The notes under the pieces were generated by a model, which had not been told where the DNA came from, did not search any database, and saw nothing but the letters and a program-made list of their open reading frames with translations. A DNA stretch of 64,000 nt from Marsupella aquatica. Taxonomy: Eukaryota; Plantae; Marchantiophyta. The stretch is taken from NCBI GenBank assembly GCA_973895155.1, contig OZ316893.1, forward strand, positions 8,991,839 to 9,055,838, read 5' to 3'. Positions 37,422 through 49,674 of this stretch are shown piece after piece. The translations under genes were made by a program, and so were the position numbers. Numbering within the stretch: position 1 is the first letter of the stretch; every line of letters starts with the position of its first letter.

Positions 37422-38477
37422 TCACAATATGTCATCATCATCGAGTAAATCTACCTCATGCGAGCTCGATGCCGCATTAGCAGAGGCAATAGGGACCTTT
37501 ACTCGACAATCCCTTTTCATGTGGCCTGGCTTGCCACAATTCCAACATGCAAGAGGCTTCCTCTCTTGCGATTTTCCTCTGGATTTAGATCTCCCCCGTG
37601 ATGTAGATCTAAACCTGTTCTGCCCATTCGTGCGCTGCGTTGCTCTTCCCCTGTTCACATTGAGCGCAGTGCCAGAAGAAGATGCTGTCTGTGATTGACC
37701 CAGCTTTTTCTGGGCATCATCAGACAGTAAAGAGCTTACCACCTCATTATACGAAATGGACTTCAGATCTCTGTACAAGAGAACCTGTTTCAAGCCCTGA
37801 TAAGACGGCGGTAAGGAGCTTAGCAAAAGCAAGGCCTTATCCTCATCTTCAACTCCTTTTCCCAGGTTTGACAGATCCACCGCAAGACTGTCAAATTCAT
37901 CCAGGTGATCCTGCATCTTGCTCCCTTCCTTGAGCCTGAGGCTCATCAAGAGAGACTTCTTGTACAGCCGGTCTGACGCATCTTCCCGGTAGTACTTCTC
38001 TCTTAGAGCCTTGAACAGTGACGCGCAATCCGCATAATCATCCAGCTGCTTGATGATGTGCGGCTTGAGATATAGCATCACTGCATTGACAGCAATCACC
38101 TGCTCCTGTCTCCATTGTCTCACTGAAATCTCCTCCTCTCCATCATACTGCTCTCGCGATGAAAGCAGATGAGCTAAGCCCATGGCCCGTAGAACACCCT
38201 TCACTTGCTTCTCCCAGAGCAAGTAATTAGTACGACCATCGTACTTCTCCACCTCAAACTTCACTCCTCCAAATCTAGCCATCTCCCTCTTCTTCCCTAC
38301 TACCGACAGCTCTGGTAGTAACACAGCTTCCTCCATTGCATGCCGCACCGGTGACCGTACCGGTGTAATAAGTTCCTCCTCAAACGGTAGCAGCTCCTCC
38401 TCAGACTCTCCGTCTGACCGTCGTGATCCTGAAGCTCCACCGACGCCAATTCTTCCAGTATCCTCCGAGTCACTCAT
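37422..38477 (-). CDS. gag: Copia gag
   Basis: KFEVEKYDGRTNYLLW, ALLLLSSLPPSY, zinc knuckle CWNCGKPGHMKRDC. The true start may be the later MARFGG methionine. Confidence 0.93.
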   Translation of the reverse strand: MSDSEDTGRIGVGGASGSRRSDGESEEELLPFEEELITPVRSPVRHAMEEAVLLPELSVVGKKREMARFGGVKFEVEKYDGRTNYLLWEKQVKGVLRAMGLAHLLSSREQYDGEEEISVRQWRQEQVIAVNAVMLYLKPHIIKQLDDYADCASLFKALREKYYREDASDRLYKKSLLMSLRLKEGSKMQDHLDEFDSLAVDLSNLGKGVEDEDKALLLLSSLPPSYQGLKQVLLYRDLKSISYNEVVSSLLSDDAQKKLGQSQTASSSGTALNVNRGRATQRTNGQNRFRSTSRGRSKSRGKSQERKPLACWNCGKPGHMKRDCRVKVPIASANAASSSHEVDLLDDDDIL

Positions 38478-39987
38478 ATGAAACAATCACGAAAAAATAT
38501 CTTTTTTCGAAACTTTTCATAAAACTCAAAACTCAACACCGCCGCGTAGCCCACGAAGCTAGGAGTCCAATACTGAAATCCGAAATCAAAATCGAAATTC
38601 GACGGAAAAGTTATTCAAATTTTGGTCGGGGTGGGTAAAACCTTGAGAAACTCCCCCGTTTTGACCACCTTGGAGAATAACCGAAATACCAAGTACAACC
38701 TGTCGTCGGAATCGCGATGTGATCAGTGCGCCGCGTTGCTAACTCCAGTGGCAACGTCCTCACCAAAAAAGAACCAAAAAAGTTACTGTGCGGCGGACGG
38801 AATCTTTGTGTGACGGCCGAAAAACAGCTCTCTGTTTTTTGGGAATATTCCCGCACAGTCCAACAGGGCTCACAGGGGGCCGTTCCCCCTGTCGGAGCGG
38901 TTAAAACGGAGGGTCACAGGGCCCGGGATGAGGCACAACCAATAAGGAGGAGGAGAGAAAAAATAAATTCAGAAAAACACACTCTAAAGGGGTCTTAAAG
39001 CCTTTGGCAAAGGCGCACGTATTCGCGGCCAGAATCGCGTATAAATTGCAAAAAACGGGAAAAAAAACGGGTTTAAAGGGGTCAAAACGCGCATATTTTT
39101 GTGTTTTTGGGCCGTATATGGGCGTGTTTGGCCGTATTTGGGCCCAAAAAAGCACGTTTTCACGCTTAAAGGGGTGTGGGAGGCCGGTGTGCACGCCGGG
39201 GCGTACGGCGAACCTGGTTTGTCGGGTATTGGGGCCGTATTGGGGCAAAAAATGCCCTAAACTAACCTTTAAAATGTGCCCAAAATGACACAAAGGCCGT
39301 GTTACAAACCTCAGCCGCCTCCGCTTTGGTTTCCAATGAGAAAAGTGATGACCGCCGACATGAAAATGTTTCCGAATTGCACCGGCACATCTGAAGCTCC
39401 ACGAGAGAAAGAACTTATGTTGCGTCACCTTCACTCCGCGTCAAGTGCCAATCCCGGACTCAAAACGACCGTCTCGCCACGATCTCTCCGTTGAGCCTCA
39501 GCACTTCGCGTTTCTTCCTCCGAGTCAACCATCACGACAAGTAATCCGGTTCAGGGAAAAACAAGCACCATAGCTTGTCTTTTACCAGAACGCCTCCTTC
39601 ACTCATCACGACGCACTCGTTTCGCAAACGTCAACAAACTAGATACCAAAACGACCAGCACGCTCCAACCTTCAACTTGAACTATCACATGCGACGCCCA
39701 GCACACCGCACAGCTCACACCGTTGAAGAAACAATCTCTGGTTTCTCCCCTGAAATACCGTCGAACACGAATAAACCCTGAACGACGCAAACTTCAATTC
39801 CTCCGCACCACGGATACCGATCAGCGAGCTCTAACCACCGTTAGAATGCCCTCTCACTAACCTATCCGCTCAGCCACACACAATCAAGTTTCATGCGACG
39901 AAACTCTGAATGTACCATTGACAATGAACGTTGGAAAAACCTGTCACGAAAAACCTCGTCACCTCCCAAGCATGCTCTGATACCACT

Positions 39988-40331
39988 TGTTGAGCATAGA
40001 CGACATTCGCAATGGCAAGCCCATGAACCATCCAACGCACAATAGTCGACACAGAGAGATACGTGGTTCACCTCCACATGAGGCTACGTCCACGGGAACA
40101 CACAAGAGTTTTACTGCACTCTAGGCCGACCGGCCATACCAAGCATCCACAGCACAAGCTCTCCCTATCTCTCAACTAGCTCCGTAACAATGAGCCTAAG
40201 TTCCACCAGGGTCTGGCATCAGCCCTGGCTATATGCACAACAGCACTACCGCTAACCTTAGCTAGGTCCTAACCCGAGTTAGCCTAACTGTGGTTAGCAC
40301 AAGAGTCACAAGACTAGAGCAATATCTAACA
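39988..40331 (-). repeat. 5' LTR of Copia element 1
   Basis: Direct repeat of 33652-33995; adjacent PBS. Confidence 0.97.
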
Positions 40332-40532
40332 AGATCCTGGTACGGTGAATCATTATATCTCATTTTGAATCAGTGACAACATCAAGGTTTCCTTCAGGAA
40401 GATGACTCAAACTTGATCTCAACCAATCTCTAGCAAGCAGACAGTTCAAATCAAACAACATGCATTGCAAAGAAGCTTTGCTCTGGACGACAATGTCTTA
40501 TATATTTCAATCTCAGTTTGAGTGAGTGAGAG

Positions 40533-43500
40533 TTAATCTTCCTTTAGAAGATCCCCTAAACTTTGTACAATGACAGCTCCCTGACCTATCTTTTCAATTT
40601 CAAGTAAGAACTCCAGGACAATATTCATGGATGGACGATTTTCGGGCACCATCCCTGTGCAAAAAAGGCCTAACTGCAAAGTTAACATCATTTTCTGCCT
40701 AATGATGCCATCACGGGCACCCTCAATTTTGAGCTTCGGGTCAAGGATCTCTAGTGGTGTCATTTCGGGTGTAATCTCTGACTCTTGAAAACTGCATTGC
40801 ACTCTACTCACTAGACCCTCATCTTGGCCATAAGAGGTCATGCTTTGAACTTCTGTAACTGCCTTTGCAGTCAAGAGCTCAAGAAGAACCACTCCAAAGC
40901 TGTAAACATCTCCTTTGGTGCTGACTCTCGTACCTGTCCCATATTCTGGATAACCAAAGAATTAATTATTGATACCTAAGTAAACACTATTATCTCAACT
41001 CACATTTGTACTGCTCCTGTGCATTCGTCACAATCTACAGAGTGACACCTACAATCATGCATGTTTAATTAGATGACCTAGCTGTAACAGCAGAGCACCT
41101 AGCAGAATTTGCAGTGTGAGTGGAGTATACTTGAAGACTAAAGCACATTAGTGGAACACGCTCACCTGGGGGCATGTAGCCGAGCGTGCCACAAATAGCG
41201 GAGGCAGAGACTTCCCCATTGTCGTAAGCCACGAATCTGGAAATGCCAAAGTCACATAGTTTTGGTTCCAAATCTGCATCCAGAAGTATGTTGCTCGGCT
41301 TCAAATCCCTATGCATGATCGGATCTGGGACTTCATGGTGAAGGTACACCATTCCATGCGTCACACCCAAGAGTATCCTGAATCTTTCTGCCCAAGTCAA
41401 CTCACAGGGGGCATTTCCATGCAGGTTTGCATGCAAACTCCCCTTGGGCATGTATTCCAGCAAGATAGCCTTAATATCCTTGCTAGAGTACAACCCGATA
41501 ACTTTGATGACATTGCGGTGGCGTAACTGAGCAAGAGTGTGTGCCTCACTCAAGAACTCCTTCGCATCATGCTCCTCTTCAACAATTGTACTGGGCCTGA
41601 TATCCTTCCAAACTTTGATGGCTATGATGTCACCTCCAGTTAATGTGGCTTTGTACACAATACTTTTGTGGCCCTTTCCAATTGCAGCGCCCTCCCCAGC
41701 TCCTATGGCAGCAACTATGTCAAACTTCGTAAAGAACCTCATCGAAGGATCATTGATAAATGTTACGAGTCCGAGGTCCTTGCTATCCTTCTGGACATGA
41801 CGATGGGACGAGAAATACAAGGCACCCAGGAGAATTATGACAAACGCCACAGCAGAAACTACAGATATCCACACCAGGGGACACTCAAAACCCTTGCAAT
41901 GATGGGACCTTCCCATGCTTGGCGAAGGTACTTCAACTGGACAGAGTCGTTGAGGCCCAAGAATACCTCCACACAGGCCGGGATTTCCCAAAAATGAAGC
42001 CGTCGTCAGCTTGGCCTGGAAAGCACCAAAACTCGGAATCGGCCCACTGAAGTTGTTATACGAAGCGTTGAAGGTCGAGAAATTCTTAAGCAATCCAAGA
42101 TCTCGAGGAATTGCTCCTGAGAACTCATTCAAAGAGACATCCAAGCTTCGAAGCAAAACGCAGCCTCCAAGACCCAAAGGAATCACTCCTGAGATGTTGT
42201 TGGCGGATACATTTATAACCTGTAGTTTGCTCAGTCCACCAAATTGCGATGGCCATGAGCCAGATAAGAAATTGCTGGATAAATCCAACGTGGTCAAAGC
42301 AATCATCGTTGCAAAAGCTTCCCCTGGGATACTTCCTGTAAGTCTGTTGTTTGAAAAATTCACAAATAGCAGCTGCGTACAATTACCCAAGGAACTCGGA
42401 AGTGCCCCTATGAGTCGATTTGCAGAGATGTCCAGCTGCTGCATATTGACAAGTTGACCAATCTCCGTTGGGATGGTACCACCTAACTTATTGTCACTGA
42501 AATCAAGGAATTGCATGAAGAAAAAGTTCCTCAGGACAGGAATCTTTCCATGAAACTGATTGCTTCCAAGTACAAGAGACTGTAGATTGGTTAAGTTGGC
42601 CAGCCCGACGGGGATTTCTCCACTCATGATATTTACACTCAAATCCCAAAATTCTAGGTTGGAGCAATTGCTGAAGGATTCGGGGATCGGACCCTGCAAA
42701 TAGTTATTAGAAGCAACAAACTCCACCAGCGAGGGGCTTCCAAAATCTCCATCTAATTTCCCATTTAATTGAATATTACCGACTCCGATTGTAAGTAAGG
42801 TTGACGTTAGATTGTAGATGAACGAAGGGAGAGAGCCTGGAGAGAATAAGTTATTTCCAATTTCGAAACGTACCAACTGTGACAGGTGTCCTAACTCAGG
42901 GGGTACCTGACCGGTGAGCCGATTGTTGTGTACAGAAAACTCCTGCATAGCAGTGCAATTCCCCAGAGATGCTGGAATCCCTCCTGATAAATTGTTATCG
43001 AAGAGTTCAAAATGAACTAGTTGGGATAGTTGACCTAGCTTCGTGGGAATTTCACCTTGCAGATTCATCTCGGGAAAATACAGAACTGCCAAATTTGGGA
43101 AGGATCCTATCCACAAGGGCAAACCTTGAGGATAAAATCCTAGGTTTTCTCCCAACAGAAGATACTGTAAGAGCGAACAATTGGATAATGAGGAGGGAAG
43201 TAAACCAATCAACGCGTTACCCACAAGATATAGGAATTCCAAGTTGCCAAGTAAACCTATTTCATCTGGGATAGCACCAGTCAAGTGGTTATAGTGCAAT
43301 CTAAGAAGCGTTAGGGAGGTGACATTGAAAATGGATCTTGGAATTTCTCCGACAAGGCCACTGTTTTCCATCCCCAATTTTTCCAAATTGGTGAGTGAAC
43401 CCAAGTCATGTGGAATCTCAGATCCATCCCAATAATTTCCTCCCAATCCCAGAATGGTAAGATTTGATAATTGTCTCCAAGCCTGAGGTAGGTTACCAGA

Positions 43501-44529
43501 GAAGAGATTATAACCTAGGTCGACTCCGTGCAGTGAAGTGAGATTCAATATCCACATAGGGAAACTCCCCTCGAAGATGCAATTATAGACTGAAAGATGT
43601 TGCAAGTGAATCAACTCTCCCAACTGGAACGGGAGTTCCCCTCCTAATCTGAGATTGAGGGGAAACCGCAACTGAATAAGGGCTGAGCAATTACCCAACG
43701 TAGGTGGAACGGAGCCGGAAAGAGAGTTATTCCCCAGATTCAGATAGTTCAGATTGGACAAGGCGCTCAATTGGGAAGGAATGCCTCCGTCAAGAAAGTT
43801 CGTAGCTAAATCCAGATGTCGTAGTGCGGAGGAGTTGCCTAGTGTTTCTGGAATCGCTCCGGTGAGATTGTTGTGGGACAAGTCCAGAGTTTGAAGTTTC
43901 TCAAGATTTCCCACCGGAGAAGGGATAGATTCATTAAGTTCGTTGAAGGAGATGTTGAGATGCAACAGATTGGAGCAGTTCCCAAGACTAGCCGGTATCG
44001 AGCCGCGCAAGAAGTTTTGCGAGAGGTCCACATGCTGAATATTTGGAAGCTGACCAAGGAGGGTTGAGACCGTTCCTACCAGGTTAAGACTGTGTAGATT
44101 GAGGGTCGTGACATGTGTGGAGTTGGGAGAACATCCAACCCCGCGCCATCTGCAGGGATCAGAGTCGTTTGCACGCCAGCTGTTCAGCACTCCAAGCGGA
44201 TCGCCGGTGATTTCACTCTTGAAAGCCATCAGAATTTCCACTTCCTTGCTAGACTTGCTCGGATTGACTTTAACGTTTTGGTCAAACGAGAGTCTTCTCC
44301 TTCCCCGGCTCCCCGCCTTGTCGGATGTGGAAAGAGTAGTGCCGGATGTGGAAAGAGTGGCTACCCGATAGATTGCTGGAGACTTGGCTCCGCTCATCCT
44401 CATCAAAGCTACAGCATGACTCTCCAGACTGCTGTCTATAGAAGCTCCAAAGGACCATTGCCCGTCGGCTAGGATCACGACGGTGATGATCAGATGCCGG
44501 AGAAGAGTATCTCTGATCGTTGCTGCCAT
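40533..44529 (-). CDS. LRR receptor-like Ser/Thr kinase (LRR-XII/XI-like); exons 44529-41166 and 40945-40533
   Basis: Hydrophobic N-terminus, LRR cap W....DPCRWRGVGC, many LxxLxLSxNxLxGxIP repeats, FLGNPGLCG, TM helix, kinase motifs IAIK, HRDLKPSNILLD, DFG; a 220-bp GT-AG intron splits GYMPPE, followed by YG..KGDVYSFGVVLLEL. Confidence 0.95.
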
Positions 44530-45338
44530 CTTGAGACTCAGCCAGTCGATTGATCCACGGGGTCTTTTCACCGATTCGAGTATCAGTGATCGAAAAACCC
44601 AAGCTATTTCTGCAATTCGCATTGCTCCGACTGTAAGAGGACTAGCAAACAAGACTTATGGGAAACATATATCACTCAGTTAAAATTTCATGGATGCATG
44701 CAAGTAAATTGTGCTAAACGACTGACATGTTCACTCTGACAACAGCGATGAGCTCAATTACTGAAACATCTTGACGTTAGATAGATGATTGACGTCTATA
44801 ACAAAATTGCATCTGCAAAATGCTTTCCCCCTCTTTTCCCAAATCGAGGTAGATTTTCTACCCAGGGAGCGTGCCGCAGGAATTGCAAAATTGAGATATG
44901 AGAGCGACAATCTAGATTCTCTTGAACGAAATTCGGGAAAGTTTCATGTGTTCAAATGAGATTACTCATCAGAGAACATATTATGTTCCTACGACAAACT
45001 TGCTGGAACTCAGGGGATAGTAGGAGTGGGAGAAATAAGTAGAAAAGCAAACCTGCCACACAGCTGAAATTAATGACTACACATGTCTGAGCTCCTCTTT
45101 TCTCACGCATAATTGGTCCCCATGGTGTCTGAGACGCAGGAAGCGATATTACATCTACGCATGTGCAAGTAGAAGCAACTGATCAGTCCTGCCATCAAAT
45201 CTTGAGGCCAAAGTAACAGCTCCAGTACTAATTCAGCATAGAGGATATAGTTAACATGTGGGAATCGAGAAATTGTGAAAGATGTGCGACCCGATATACA
45301 TTAGCCTCTGCTTTCTCGGTTTATATAGGTGGCCAGCA

Positions 45339-45416
45339 CCACTGGAGGTATTGTATAATGTGCGCAAAACAGGAATTACCAGTGGAGGTATTGTATACTG
45401 CGCGCAAACAGGAATT
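45339..45416. repeat. 40-bp tandem duplication upstream of the LRR-RLK
   Basis: CCASTGGAGGTATTGTATA.TGYGC..AAACAGGAATT occurs twice. Confidence 0.85.
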
Positions 45417-46978
45417 TTGTTAGGGAGAAGAGTGTTATTAGCGAGATGTTTTTCACATATTTTGTGTTTTTTTATGATTCCAGATGGCTAGTGAGGTAGT
45501 TAGCAAAACAAAGGAGTCACAAAAATGCATGTTATCAAAAAGGTTGTTGTTAGCCTGGCAGTTGGATATAGTAAAATTAGGAGTCATGTGAGTAACTTTT
45601 CTGCTTGTACTAGTAAAACTTTTACTGTTTACAATGACCCCAGTCAGTGAGTGTAGTGTGGTCTAGAGTGGTATTCAGTTGACTTATCTACTGTAGCTTT
45701 CACGCTTTAGCTACATGCTTTACTATTTTAATTTATTGTAAAATATATAAAAACTAAGTTATACTATCATTTCAAAATTTAATAAAGTTCAAATTTTGCA
45801 TGAGATAATGGACATATAAAATAAATTTTAATTTTGCAATGATGAAGAGCATGGTAATTGAAGCGCATCAACAAATCTCAAACTCTGTGCCCAGGACAAG
45901 GAGGCTTGGGCCCAGAGGACTGAGAGGAGGTTTCAAACAGGTAACACATTAATTTTCCCATTTTTTGATTGTAACATATTGTACAACTATCTATTCAGTC
46001 CACCAGATGTATGGTCTAGAAGCAATTCAGTGTGCTCTTGTTTGTAAATACAAATATAAGTTATATACGAATTATTTAGCCCTTCTCCCAAGTCTAACTG
46101 TTACCTGCAGCATCGCGACAAACACAATGGGTGTCACTGCAAACAACATTCGTCAGTAGTTGTGTGTTTCCTGGCGGGTTTGTTTGTCACTGCAAACATC
46201 AATCATCAGTAGTTGTGGCAGAAAGTGTTGATGTGGTGCAAGCTACACGCGCCAGAACTTTGTAAGAGACTCCTCATGGGGGTCTGTAATTAGAACATCA
46301 AAAACTATAATAAAAGGTCGAGCCAAAAATTGTCATGATCATTGTTCAAAATTGTTGTGTCGTTTTGGGTGGAAAAAAACAAAAAGGTAGAAAATAAATG
46401 GAATTAACTCCTATAATGCAAGGTTGCGCATTTTTATGTCGTGGTAGTCATTCAAAAATACAGGGCCAAGAAAAGAAGTAATCAATACACAGAATGGATA
46501 AAACCAAAAGTACAGAAAATACTTTCACACAAAAAGAGAATAAATGGTGGAGACAAAAGACAAAAAATGTAACTAAACTATCATAAGTCACTATAAATGG
46601 GAACAAATCCTAGCCCTTAATTAAAAATTTGTTTTTCTGCAACCATAGGATCCATCCATACCTCTATTAAACTCAATACCTCTGCCCAAGCTACCCACAA
46701 CCTACCCAAACCCGACCAAGATAAAAAATTAATTCAATATTAATTAGAAAAAAATTATGAAAATTGTGACTTAAAGAATTGGATATTAAGCTTAAAGTTT
46801 TGAAAAATCTTGAGTATAAATAATATACATACAATTTTAATTTCTCTAAAATTTAAAATAAAACATATTTTTGTCTATCACTAAGTTGTGCTTGGACTCT
46901 ATGTTGCGGTGACCATTATCTCGCGTCTTCAATTTCTATGTGCAATGCATGAGTTGTTAAACAACACTACAACAACAC

Positions 46979-47430
46979 CCCCTTGCTCTGGAGCTATTCG
47001 GGCGTCTTCATCCTCAGTTTGATGGGCTTCTTCGGCAAGCTGCCCGGGATGTTCATGGCCGAATGGGTCCCACCGGACCCCCGCTATCTGTTTTGACCAC
47101 GCACTTTCGTCAACGCATTTCAGTCACCTTACAGCGTGCTCAAGCTCAGGCCATCTATCGTCGATCTCTTACAGTGGGAGCTAGTGTGCCCCCGCAGCGG
47201 CTAGCTCCCCTATAGGATGTTCCAATCCCACTGGCCGATCTAGTTTCGACACTTGATGTGGACCATTAGCTTTTTGCCACATTTTCTAGGAATGATGAGG
47301 ACCTCGATCCGTTTGGATTAGTTTTAGTTCCTCTTTCTTGGTTTTTAGGGGTTCCCTATTGCTCATTTCTTACTTTTAGTTCCTCTTTCTTGGTGTTTAG
47401 GGGTTCCCTTTTGCTCACTTCTTTTATGTT
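46979..47430 (+). mobile_element. 5'-truncated non-LTR retrotransposon remnant with restriction-like endonuclease C-terminus (CRE-like)
   Basis: Frame 46979-47269 reads PLALELFGRLH..F..LL.......FRQRISVTLQRAQAQAI, like the P.A.E..G...QR.SV.LQR.NA..I end of CRE-type ORFs; internal TAG at 47213; followed by a ~51-bp duplication at 47323-47424. Confidence 0.6.
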
Positions 47431-48249
47431 TGGTTTATTAATGTACACACATAGGAAGGAGAAACTTTTGGGGCATGACAAACTTTTTGGATTTTTGCAT
47501 AGAGTATAATTATGAAACTTAAAAAAAAACAGAAGCAAAATGGGTTTGCTTCTCTTTATTTAATTTTGCAATTTTTTTTGAATTTAATGATGCCAAAGGT
47601 AAGAAACAGGAGGAGGAATGGAGTGGCGAGGGAGTGAAGAAATACAAAAACAGGGAAGAGAAAAATTAGAATGTTCCCCTCCAAATAGCATTGTGTGGCC
47701 ACACCTTGACCTCGCAAAGTCTGGAGGGACCATCACCTCTCTTGCACTCCCTCTCACCCTCCCACATCCTTGCTCTCCTCAACAACATAGCAGATCACAA
47801 CAATGACAACATAGTCGCAACAACATTTGCGATGTTTGAACAACTTTCTTGCTTTACTTGCATTTCTTTGCATTGTCTACATTTCTTTGGTGGACGCGCA
47901 TTTCTTTGCCCGTTTCTTTGTCTCGCCTCAACATTTTTGCCTCACTACAACATCTTTGTCTCAGTGTAACATCTAAACTTGCCTCAACAGTTTTATCTTG
48001 CCTGAACATCTTTCCCTCCTGTCAAAATCTTGCCCTCACCCCAAAATCTTGCCCTTGCCTCAACATCTTGCCCTCACTTCAAAATCTTGTCGGACTCACT
48101 CAAAATATTTCGAGCAGTGCACGAGCATGGGGCTAGTAAGTTATATTATAAGAGAAACGTTGAAGGCCCACCACTTTTTCAAAGAAATCCATACTCTTCT
48201 AGAAGCTCAATACTTGAATGTGTACCAAAAAGATGACATAAGGAGATAA

Positions 48250-48406
48250 GTTTTTTTATTTTTTTATTTTGAAGCGGAAAGCAAAAACTTTATTCAAAGG
48301 AAAGAACAAGTACAACAGACTCCCGTCGGGGGAGGAGACAGGAGGGAAGAACAAATCAAAAAAGGTGGCTGAGAGCAGGAGCACACCAAGAGAGAGGAGA
48401 GACCCA
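48250..48406 (-). mobile_element. Short poly(A)-tailed retroposed insert (SINE or LINE 3' end)
   Basis: Perfect 15-bp TSD GACATAAGGAGATAA at 48235-48249 and 48407-48421; T-rich tract at 48251-48270 and TTTATT near 48289 give a poly(A) tail and AATAAA on the minus strand. Confidence 0.85.
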
Positions 48407-48462
48407 GACATAAGGAGATAATTGAAAGTGAAACACTTTGTAATGCCGTGAGCAATCAGATG

Positions 48463-48759
48463 GGCACAAGTACCAAGTCACCCAAAATTAAATATTGTAT
48501 TTTTGCTTCAAGGTGGTTAATAGAAAATTATCCCAACCTCTAAAAGGGAATGTCCTACGCAACCACACCATTGACCTCAAAAAAGGTAACCTTCTATTTA
48601 GAAACCAGTGTGGCACAAGTACCAAGTCACCCAAAATTAAATATTGTATTTTTGCTTCAAGGTGGTTAATAAAAAATTACCCCAACCTCTAAAAGTGAAT
48701 GTCCTACGCAACCACACCATTGACCTCAAAAAAGGTCACCTTCTATTTAGAAACCAGTG
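48463..48759. repeat. 149-bp tandem duplication
   Basis: GGCACAAGTACCAAGTCACCC...TTTAGAAACCAGTGT starts at 48463 and 48612, near identical. Confidence 0.95.
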
Positions 48760-49309
48760 TTATAAACGGAAAGCAACAGTGTATACAATAAAATCCAGTA
48801 TGGGCACATTACCTACATATATATCTCCCTAATGAAGTATTGTACTTATATAGTCTCTACACGAAAACCCTAAACAGTGTCAAGGTTGATTTTTATTAAC
48901 TTTTGGCCTTGATCCCTAAGTCTACAGTAGGTTTCTAGTCTATAAAAGAGAACCCTGAACACTTCCAAAGTTGACTTTAGTTTTTTTCCCTTTTTTTGAA
49001 GGGGACAAAGCCCAAAAGTTGACTTTAGTTTTGGCATGGGCGAGAAGAAGTTGCTGCAAATGAAACAATGATTTCAGCCTCTTGGACAGATATTCACGGA
49101 TAAGAGTCCCTGCTAAAGCATTTAATATGCCTTGATTCTCCCCAACTACTCACCGGAAGAGCCCACCTTGTTTCCCCTTCCAGACAGCACCTCCTGGTCA
49201 CTTTTCAGGCCAGGTTATTTTTTCTTGCTGCCCATGCCCGCCCTGTCAGTTCCTGACTTTCTTGACTTTACTTTAAGGTTACACAGGAATTTCCCAAGGT
49301 ACTCGTTTA

Positions 49310-49615
49310 TGTTGGAACTATGTCAGTATTGTCGGCTGCTGGCTCCCTTTGGCTCACTGACAAATGCAGCCGCGATACCGGCTGTCTAGGAATCGTTGTT
49401 TAGTTGGTGGGTAGTCTGTCCCAGATCCGCTTTTGATCAGTCTGACTGCGCCCCATTTAGTCTGTCCTAACTGTCATTAACATCGTTAATCAGGGAATCA
49501 TCCCTGTCGGGTATCGGGCGCTGGTCTCTCTCGCTCCCCTCCCGTTACTGTATTTAAGCACCTTGTGCTCTTGGTCTAAATCAAGTTTCTATCACATCAT
49601 TAGAAAACTTCCACA
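49310..49615 (+). repeat. 5' LTR of Copia element 2
   Basis: TGTTGG...CCACA, followed by the PBS. Confidence 0.97.
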
Positions 49616-49674
49616 TGGTATCAGAGCCTAAACAGCTCCTAGCACCTTACTTGAGTTAAGTGTTACTTTTCACC

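Larger units (their letters stand above)
33652..40331 (-). mobile_element. Full-length Ty1/Copia LTR retrotransposon (Tnt1/Tork-like), near intact
   Basis: 344-bp LTRs at 33652-33995 and 39988-40331 (TG..CA, 3 transitions seen); tRNA-iMet PBS TGGTATCAGAGC (rc 39974-39985); PPT AAGGGGGAG next to the 3' LTR; flanks TGATC/AGATC; domain order gag-PR-INT-RT-RH. Confidence 0.98.

Noticed and set aside
38490-39970. Multiple short ORFs in the Copia 1 leader
   Set aside because: GC-rich untranslated leader with no protein motifs.
41065-41165. ORF-track C-terminus of the 1195-aa kinase ORF
   Set aside because: Intron read-through; the kinase continues at 40945 after a GT-AG intron.
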